A stretch of 32,976 nucleotides of DNA, taken from the NCBI GenBank assembly GCA_937907045.1, contig CALCTU010000059.1, positions 1-32,976 of the forward strand, written 5' to 3'. The position numbers were made by a program, and so were the translations under genes. Each line of letters opens with the position of its first letter. Position 1 is the first letter of the stretch. The notes under the pieces are model-generated. The model had not been told where the DNA came from and made no database searches. It was given only the letters and a program-made list of their open reading frames with translations. Source of the stretch: an uncultured Alphaproteobacteria bacterium. Its GTDB lineage: Bacteria > Pseudomonadota > Alphaproteobacteria > Rickettsiales > UBA6187. Of the stretch, positions 26,936-32,976 are shown piece after piece.

Positions 26936-27003
26936 GTGTAAGACTTTTTAATATCCGTCATCCCGGCACTTGAGCAGATGATGAATGTTAAAAAGGGTTA
27001 TAC
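26936..27003. repeat. Long imperfect palindrome, possible RPE/REP-like element remnant
   Basis: TTTTTAATATCCGTCATC (26945-26962) pairs with GATGATGAATGTTAAAAA (26977-26994), extendable to GTGTAA/TTATAC; core CCGTCATCCCGGCACTTGA. Confidence 0.6.
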
Positions 27004-27083
27004 GTAATAATCAAGATCATCAAGCAACAAGTGTTTTCGTAATGTTGTGTATAGTAAAAATTAGTAATTATTTAAATTAACCC

Positions 27084-28082
27084 ATGCCTAAAACCTACAA
27101 CCAAGCTATCTATCGTTGGCTATTAGTGTGCTGTTTCATGGTCCTACTCATGGTGGCCATTGGTGGGTTAACTAGGCTTACTGGTTCAGGGCTTTCGATG
27201 ACAAACTGGGAGCCTATTTCAGGTATTTTTCCACCATTGACCGAGCAAGAATGGCAGCAAGAATTTGCTTCTTATCAAAATAGTCCTGAGTTTAAGCTTA
27301 TTAACCATGATATGGACTTGGATGGGTTTAAGGGAATTTTCTGGCTAGAGTTTATTCATCGTCTGGCAGGGCGTTTGGTAGGCGTAATATTTTTTCTTCC
27401 TTGGCTTTATTTTACCGCGACTAAAAAAATCAAGACAAGCTTTTCTTTAAGATTGTTGGGTATATTTGCTCTTGGAGGATTACAAGGGTTAGTGGGCTGG
27501 TATATGGTAAAAAGTGGCCTCAATGAAGTGCCCAATGTTAGCCATTATTGGCTTGCAGGGCACCTTATTTTTGCGTGTCTACTATTTGCGGCTCTATTGT
27601 GGAGTGCTTTGTCGGTAAAATATTGTGGTAAGCGATTGTTAGCCGCGCAGCCTAATGCTATCATAGCGGTGCGTGCTATGGCTGCATTGGTGTTGGTGCA
27701 GATTATGTTTGGTGGTTGGGTAGCTGGTTTAGATGCTGGGTTGGTGTATAATACATTCCCTGACATGAATGGTTATTTTGTCCCGTCAGATGCTTTTGAG
27801 GGGACGCTTACGGCAAACCATGCATTTGTTCAGTTTATCCACCGTATAACAGCATTTGCAGTGGTGGCGCTGGCGTGGTATTTATATGCCTCTATTGGAA
27901 GTGGAGAGACTAAAGTACTTGGGCTGGCGGTATTGGTTCAATTTGCTCTTGGCGTGGCAACATTATTGTATCAAGTGCCAATTGGTCTTGCATCGCTTCA
28001 CCAGGTGATGGCCGTGATAATATTTGCTATTGTGGTTGATATGAACTATAAGGTTGTCAAATCAGCTGGATCCCACTCATAG
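27084..28082 (+). CDS. ctaA: Heme A synthase (type 2, COX15/CtaA)
   Basis: [41 protein letters not shown]; about 8 TMs. Confidence 0.96.
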   Translation: MPKTYNQAIYRWLLVCCFMVLLMVAIGGLTRLTGSGLSMTNWEPISGIFPPLTEQEWQQEFASYQNSPEFKLINHDMDLDGFKGIFWLEFIHRLAGRLVGVIFFLPWLYFTATKKIKTSFSLRLLGIFALGGLQGLVGWYMVKSGLNEVPNVSHYWLAGHLIFACLLFAALLWSALSVKYCGKRLLAAQPNAIIAVRAMAALVLVQIMFGGWVAGLDAGLVYNTFPDMNGYFVPSDAFEGTLTANHAFVQFIHRITAFAVVALAWYLYASIGSGETKVLGLAVLVQFALGVATLLYQVPIGLASLHQVMAVIIFAIVVDMNYKVVKSAGSHS

Positions 28083-28096
28083 TATCTTGTTATTCC

Positions 28097-29332
28097 ATGA
28101 TTAATTACGATCAATTTTTTGTTAATGCTGTCGATAAAGTCAAAGAAGAAGGGCGGTATCGTCAATTTACGGATCTTGCCCGTCAAGCCGGTGCATTTCC
28201 GGCAGCAGTGAACCACTCTGATCAAGCGCAAAAAGAAGTGGTGATTTGGTGTAGTAATGATTATTTGGGTATGGGGCAACATGAAGATGTGATTGCTGCT
28301 GCTCGCACTGCTATGCAAACAATGGGAATGGGTGCAGGTGGTACACGTAATATAGCTGGAAATAATCATGCTGTTGTGGAGCTTGAACGAGAACTGGCAA
28401 GTTTACATGGTAAAGAAAAAGCTTTAGCCTTTGTTTGTGGTTATGTTGCTAACGAGGCAACACTCAGTACGTTATCGTTGATCATTCCAGATTGTGTTGT
28501 GTTTTCCGATCAGTTGAACCATGCATCAATGATTCAAGGTATTAGAGCAGGAAAGGCAGAGCGATATATTTTTAAACATAATAATGTTGAGCATTTAGAG
28601 TCACTCTTAAAGTCGGTGGATATTGACCGACCAAAAATGATTGCCTTTGAGTCAGTATATTCAATGGATGGTGATATTGCTCCGATAAAAGAAATTTGTG
28701 ATTTAGCAGATAAGTATAATGCTATTACTTATATTGATGAAGTACATGCTGTTGGTATGTATGGGCCACACGGTGCTGGTATATGTGAACAACAAGGATT
28801 AATGGATCGTGTTACTATTATTCAGGGCACATTAGCCAAAGCATATGGTGGAATGGGAGGGTATATTGCTGCAAACGCTCAGCTTATTGACGCGATTAGA
28901 AGTTATGCGCCTGGTTTTATTTTTACGACGGCATTGCCTCCATCAGTGGCAGCAGGTGCTCTTGCGAGTGTTCAGCATTTGCGTGCATCGGATGTTGAAC
29001 GCAAAGGTCAACAAGAGCGAGTGTCGCGTTTAAAGTCAATGTTACGTCAATGCCAAATTCCGTTTTTGGATAACAATACGCATATTGTTCCTGTGATGGT
29101 GAGGGATCCAAATTTATGTCGACAGGCGTCCGAAATATTGATGGAAGAATTTAATATTTTTGTGCAGCATATCAATTTTCCTACTGTACCTAAAGGAACA
29201 GAGCGCTTGCGCATTACCCCAACTCCGCTTCATACTGATGAAATGATGGAAAAGCTAGTTGATGCGCTTATTGAGGTGTTTGATCGGTTGCAGATTAACA
29301 AGCAGTCGTTACAATCGTCTGAATCAGCGTAG
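28097..29332 (+). CDS. hemA: 5-aminolevulinate synthase
   Basis: [49 protein letters not shown] (PLP Lys), [12 protein letters not shown]. Confidence 0.97.
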   Translation: MINYDQFFVNAVDKVKEEGRYRQFTDLARQAGAFPAAVNHSDQAQKEVVIWCSNDYLGMGQHEDVIAAARTAMQTMGMGAGGTRNIAGNNHAVVELERELASLHGKEKALAFVCGYVANEATLSTLSLIIPDCVVFSDQLNHASMIQGIRAGKAERYIFKHNNVEHLESLLKSVDIDRPKMIAFESVYSMDGDIAPIKEICDLADKYNAITYIDEVHAVGMYGPHGAGICEQQGLMDRVTIIQGTLAKAYGGMGGYIAANAQLIDAIRSYAPGFIFTTALPPSVAAGALASVQHLRASDVERKGQQERVSRLKSMLRQCQIPFLDNNTHIVPVMVRDPNLCRQASEILMEEFNIFVQHINFPTVPKGTERLRITPTPLHTDEMMEKLVDALIEVFDRLQINKQSLQSSESA

Positions 29333-29349
29333 ATTTTGGGTTTTTTTAC

Positions 29350-29378
29350 TTGCATATTAGGGCGATAACTGTTAAACG
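29350..29378 (+). promoter_or_regulatory. Putative rpsB-tsf promoter
   Basis: TTGCAT (29350-29355), 17 bp spacer, TAAACG (29373-29378) preceded by TGT. Confidence 0.45.
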
Positions 29379-29397
29379 TGCTGCCCTTAATTTATTT

Positions 29398-29483
29398 CAC
29401 ATGCATCTTAAGTATAGCTGATTTGCCGTTGGTGCCTTTGTAGAGGGTTTGGTAGTATTGGTTGAGATGCAGAAGACACAACC
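29398..29483 (+). ncRNA. rpsB 5' leader (t44 / S2 leader-like structured RNA)
   Basis: CAC-ATGCATCTTAA...GCCG-TTGGT-GCCTTT-GTA-GAGGGT-TTGGT...TTGAGATGCA-GAAGAC-ACAACC: a 10 bp outer stem (29402-29411/29462-29471), an inner stem-loop and a GGU bulge, in the same arrangement as the proteobacterial rpsB leader. Confidence 0.7.
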
Positions 29484-29501
29484 AAAATTGGAGTAAAATT
29501 C

Positions 29502-30410
29502 ATGTCTGCATTACCAAAATTTACAATAAAAGAATTACTTGAAGCTGGCGTTCACTACGGCCATAAGACCATGCGCTGGAATCCACGTATGGCACCTTAC
29601 TTGTTTGGTAGCCGTAATGGTGTTCATATTATTGACCTTCAACAAACGGCACCTATGCTTCATCGTGCCTTAAGTGTTGTATATGAAGTAGTGAAAAATA
29701 ATGGACGTGTTTTGTTTGTAGGAACTAAGCGTCAAGCATCCGAGATTATTGCTGGTGAAGCAAATCGTTGTGGCCAATATTATGTTAACCACCGTTGGTT
29801 AGGTGGTATGCTTACAAATTGGCAAACTGTTTCAAAGTCCATTAAAACACTACGCGATATTCAAGAGCAGCTTTCGGGTGATATGATTGGTCTTACTAAA
29901 AAAGAAGTTCTTGGTCTAAGCCGTCAACAAGAAAAACTAGAGCGTTCTTTAGGCGGTATTATGGATATGGGCGGTAAGCCAGATTTGTTGTTTGTAGTAG
30001 ACACAAACCGCGAGTCGCTTGCGATGGCTGAAGCTAAAAAACTTGGCATTCCTGTGATTGCAGTAGTAGATAGCAATTCAAATCCTGAAGGTGTTGACTT
30101 TCCAATTCCTGGTAATGACGATGCTTCTCGTGCTATTGAGCTTTATTGTCGTTTAATTGCAGATACTGTGATTTCGGGTATCGAGAAAGGCATGGCAGCT
30201 TCTGGTGTTGATTTGGGTGCTTCTCAAAAACTTCCTGCTTCTGCTAAGTCAAAGGCATCTAAAACAGAGTCTAAAAAGGACGATAAAAAAGAAGAAGCTC
30301 CTAAAAAACAAGCTGCTAAGAAGTCTGATGCAAAAGAAGAAAAGCCAGCTAAAAAAACAGCAGCCAAAAAAGATGATGATGCAAAAGCCGATAAAAAAGA
30401 AGCTTCCTAA
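29502..30410 (+). CDS. rpsB: 30S ribosomal protein S2 with long Lys/Ala/Asp/Glu-rich tail
   Basis: [38 protein letters not shown]. Confidence 0.99.
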   Translation: MSALPKFTIKELLEAGVHYGHKTMRWNPRMAPYLFGSRNGVHIIDLQQTAPMLHRALSVVYEVVKNNGRVLFVGTKRQASEIIAGEANRCGQYYVNHRWLGGMLTNWQTVSKSIKTLRDIQEQLSGDMIGLTKKEVLGLSRQQEKLERSLGGIMDMGGKPDLLFVVDTNRESLAMAEAKKLGIPVIAVVDSNSNPEGVDFPIPGNDDASRAIELYCRLIADTVISGIEKGMAASGVDLGASQKLPASAKSKASKTESKKDDKKEEAPKKQAAKKSDAKEEKPAKKTAAKKDDDAKADKKEAS

Positions 30411-30471
30411 GCTCCTTTTAGCTTTTTGCTAACTATGATTAATATAAACATATCAATAAAGGATACGTGTT

Positions 30472-31392
30472 ATGGGTATTTCTACAGCAGATATTAAACA
30501 ACTTCGTGAAAAAACAGGCGCTGGCATGATGGATTGCAAAAAAGCGCTTTCAGAAAATGATGGTGATATGGAGCAAGCAATTGACTGGCTTCGTACGAAA
30601 GGTCTTTCTGCTGCGGCTAAAAAATCTGGCCGTGTGGCAGCTGAGGGTCTTATTGCACTTGCGGCGAATGATACTCAAGGTGCTCTTATTGAATTGAATT
30701 CTGAGACGGACTTTGTTGCCAAGAATGATAAATTCCAACTTCTTGCTAAAAATATAGCAGGTGCAGCGCTTGAGCAACAAGCTGCGGATGTTGAAGCTCT
30801 TAAAGAAGTTACTTACCCTGGTGGTGATAAATCAATTGCTGACGAGGTGGTTGAGCATGTAGGCGTTATTGGTGAAAACCTTCAACTTCGTCGCAGTGCT
30901 TTTATAGAAGGCGATATTGTTGTACCTTATATCCATAATTCTGTGGCTGATGGCTTAGGAAAGATTGGTGTATTGGTTGCGCTTTCTACTTCAGGTGATG
31001 CAGATAAAGCACGTGATTTGGGTAAACAAATTGCGATGCATGTAGCGGCTGCGCGTCCAGAATCTTTAGATGTGGATGGTCTTGACCAAGAATTAGTGAA
31101 TCGTGAAAAAGAAGTTTTAACCGAGCAAGCACGTGAATCTGGCAAACCAGATAATGTGATTGAAAAAATGATAGAGGGCCGTATTCGTAAGTTTTATGCT
31201 GAAGTGGTACTTCTTGAGCAAGCCTTTGTTATTGATGGTAAGACACCTGTTAAGCAAATACTTGCCGATGCTGCAAAAGAAATTGGTGGTGATGTCACCA
31301 TTTCTGGTTATGCGCGTTTACAACTTGGTGAAGGTGTTGAGAAAAAAGAAGAAGATTTTGCTGCTGAAGTTGCAAAGGCTGCAAACGGCTAA
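30472..31392 (+). CDS. tsf: Elongation factor Ts
   Basis: LREKTGAGMMDCKKAL, ELNSETDFVAKN, IAMHVAA, GKPDNVIEKMIEGR. Confidence 0.99.
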   Translation: MGISTADIKQLREKTGAGMMDCKKALSENDGDMEQAIDWLRTKGLSAAAKKSGRVAAEGLIALAANDTQGALIELNSETDFVAKNDKFQLLAKNIAGAALEQQAADVEALKEVTYPGGDKSIADEVVEHVGVIGENLQLRRSAFIEGDIVVPYIHNSVADGLGKIGVLVALSTSGDADKARDLGKQIAMHVAAARPESLDVDGLDQELVNREKEVLTEQARESGKPDNVIEKMIEGRIRKFYAEVVLLEQAFVIDGKTPVKQILADAAKEIGGDVTISGYARLQLGEGVEKKEEDFAAEVAKAANG

Positions 31393-31420
31393 GCATCTTT
31401 TTTAAATATAATGATTGAAG

Positions 31421-31451
31421 AAGGAGTATCTGTGAAGGGTACTCCTTTTTT
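31421..31451 (+). terminator. Intrinsic terminator after tsf (possibly bidirectional)
   Basis: AAGGAGTATCT-GTGAA-GGGTACTCCTT 11 bp stem running into a T tract. Confidence 0.8.
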
Positions 31452-31470
31452 ATTGCTCTTATGGTGTGGT

Positions 31471-32724
31471 TTATAGGAGGTGTTGTGGTGCTTGAGGTAG
31501 TGGGTACGCCATTGGTTGAGTGACGTGGTGTTGTGGGTAGTAAGCAGGGACACTCATGCCCTGAGCGGCGGCATGTAAAGCCAGAGTATGTTGTTGTTGC
31601 AAAAGTGCATATAAGAATGGTGACGGTGGAAAGACTGCCTGAGGTTGTGGTATTGGCAGTCTGCTATGATAATATGCATTTGGTGGTTGCTGTGCAGACG
31701 CAGCTGCTGGCATTGCCTGAGTAGCTCTAGGTGTAGCTGGTGTGAGTGCTTGCCATGGTTGACTGAGTAATGAAGTAGAACTTGTTTGTACTAAAGTTGC
31801 TGCGATAGAGCCAGGAGCTATCGATGATGATTGCTGCTGCTGCATGCTACGTGATAGACTCATACTCATGGATGGAGATGAATGGCTAGTTGATGAAAGC
31901 TGTTGTGGTTGTTTTTCATCAATATGCTCTGCATTACATATTCTGATTAATTCAGATTTGAACGTTTGGTCATAGTTTTCTTGCGGAATTTTAAAAGAAA
32001 TAGAGGATTCTCTGGGGTTGTGCTTAATGATAACATTATGAGTATGGGCGAGTCCTTTTAGCTTCGTGGCTAATGATATGACCTCTTTGTTATGAGCATG
32101 GTTAAATTGTAACGTTACTACAACAGAAGTGTCAGTGCCACCATCGATCTGAGCTTGGATGCGTATATTATTTATGCTAGTAGCAGAATGTTTCTTTGGT
32201 TTGTCTGGTAGTGATGATTTAGTTTTAGAAGGCAGTAATGGTGGGGGCTGTATAGCGGCTAGTTGTTCTTCGGAGTAATCTGCTGGTGTTAATAAGTCAG
32301 CTGCTAACTTTTCTAACTTTTTTGCATTGCGTACTTCCTTATCATATTGTTCAGTACTAGAGTGAACCTTTCCCTGAATAAACTTCTCAACAAAAGCAAC
32401 TATTTTTTCTGCTTTAGCTTTGTCTGGTGTAGAAAATTGGTAACAATAAATTTTGTCGTTATCTGGATCAAGACCATAAAGTTTATCACTTCCATTCGGA
32501 TTAATTCTATCTACTTTAATTGTTTCTGCAATAAACGCGCATGCCTCACCAATATGATTGTTAGCATACCAATATTTTGTTCCACTGCGACTAGTACGTG
32601 ACCTGACTTCAGTGTTAGGAAAGTTTAGGACGATTAAATAACCATCTTCTTTTTGTATAAATCGCACGTTAGTGAGTTTACGTAATCCGCTCTTAATATT
32701 GGTTATGTTATGTGGCATAATCAA
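31471..32724 (-). CDS. Hypothetical protein with Gln/Pro/Ser/Ala-rich low-complexity C-terminus
   Basis: 417 aa ORF filling the tsf-pyrH gap; globular-looking N-terminal ~270 aa; no family recognised. Confidence 0.7.
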   Translation of the reverse strand: MIMPHNITNIKSGLRKLTNVRFIQKEDGYLIVLNFPNTEVRSRTSRSGTKYWYANNHIGEACAFIAETIKVDRINPNGSDKLYGLDPDNDKIYCYQFSTPDKAKAEKIVAFVEKFIQGKVHSSTEQYDKEVRNAKKLEKLAADLLTPADYSEEQLAAIQPPPLLPSKTKSSLPDKPKKHSATSINNIRIQAQIDGGTDTSVVVTLQFNHAHNKEVISLATKLKGLAHTHNVIIKHNPRESSISFKIPQENYDQTFKSELIRICNAEHIDEKQPQQLSSTSHSSPSMSMSLSRSMQQQQSSSIAPGSIAATLVQTSSTSLLSQPWQALTPATPRATQAMPAAASAQQPPNAYYHSRLPIPQPQAVFPPSPFLYALLQQQHTLALHAAAQGMSVPAYYPQHHVTQPMAYPLPQAPQHLL

Positions 32725-32879
32725 TTTTCTATTATTTTTTTAATATTAATATACAAAAATAGCATTATTAGTAAATGGGCGTACAGTCAAGGATAATAAT
32801 ACTTAACAAATCATTGCAATTGGGGTATGAATGCATCGCGCATCTGTTAACTGTGTAAATGTATGTAAGTGATAACTCT

Positions 32880-32976
32880 ATGCAATATAACCGAATTTTA
32901 CTTAAGCTCTCTGGTGAAGCATTAATGGGCGATCAGTCTTATGGGCATAATTTGGAAGCCATAGAGCGGATTTGTA
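32880..32976 (+). CDS. pyrH: UMP kinase, 3'-truncated by window edge
   Basis: Translates as [32 protein letters not shown] (KLSGEAL signature); alternative in-frame ATG at 32859. Not in the supplied ORF track. Confidence 0.93.
   Translation, partial: MQYNRILLKLSGEALMGDQSYGHNLEAIERIC

Noticed and set aside
26874-27025. Possible FNR/FixK box (TTGAT and ATCAA half-sites) upstream of the heme genes
   Set aside because: The half-sites are not arranged as TTGAT-N4-ATCAA.
127-32601. Numerous short overlapping ORFs in the track (e.g. 127-468, 6203-6496, 8064-8405, 9738-10301, 12115-12480, 28046-28369, 5684-5869)
   Set aside because: They are antisense or off-frame shadows of well-supported genes with no motifs or RBS support.

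Overview
Alphaproteobacterial chromosomal segment, probably Rickettsiales-like; this is inferred from C4-pathway ALA synthase, type-2 heme A synthase, Cys-free L31, CTTG-N17/18-CTATA-type promoters and low GC. Housekeeping genes (rpmE, asd, trkH, folE, ctaA, hemA, rpsB with its leader RNA, tsf, 5' end of pyrH) are interleaved with accessory or unusual loci. (1) A strongly divergent glutamate synthase pair, with gltB truncated by the window edge, plus gltD. (2) An exported ~100-repeat pentapeptide protein built from two capped blocks. (3) A divergently arranged TonB-dependent receptor + YfiR / HAMP histidine kinase + stand-alone receiver module, which looks like a Yfi-type trans-envelope signalling system rewired to phosphorelay. 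(4) A minimal AT-less NRPS-PKS assembly line (C-A-T + KS-ACP-TE, reutericyclin/mutanocyclin-like architecture) with a convergent flavin monooxygenase. (5) A heme-copper-oxidase-fold protein lacking the CuB His-His pair, divergent from ctaA-hemA. (6) A Q/P/S-rich orphan splitting tsf from pyrH. I saw no rRNA, tRNA, CRISPR array or transposase.
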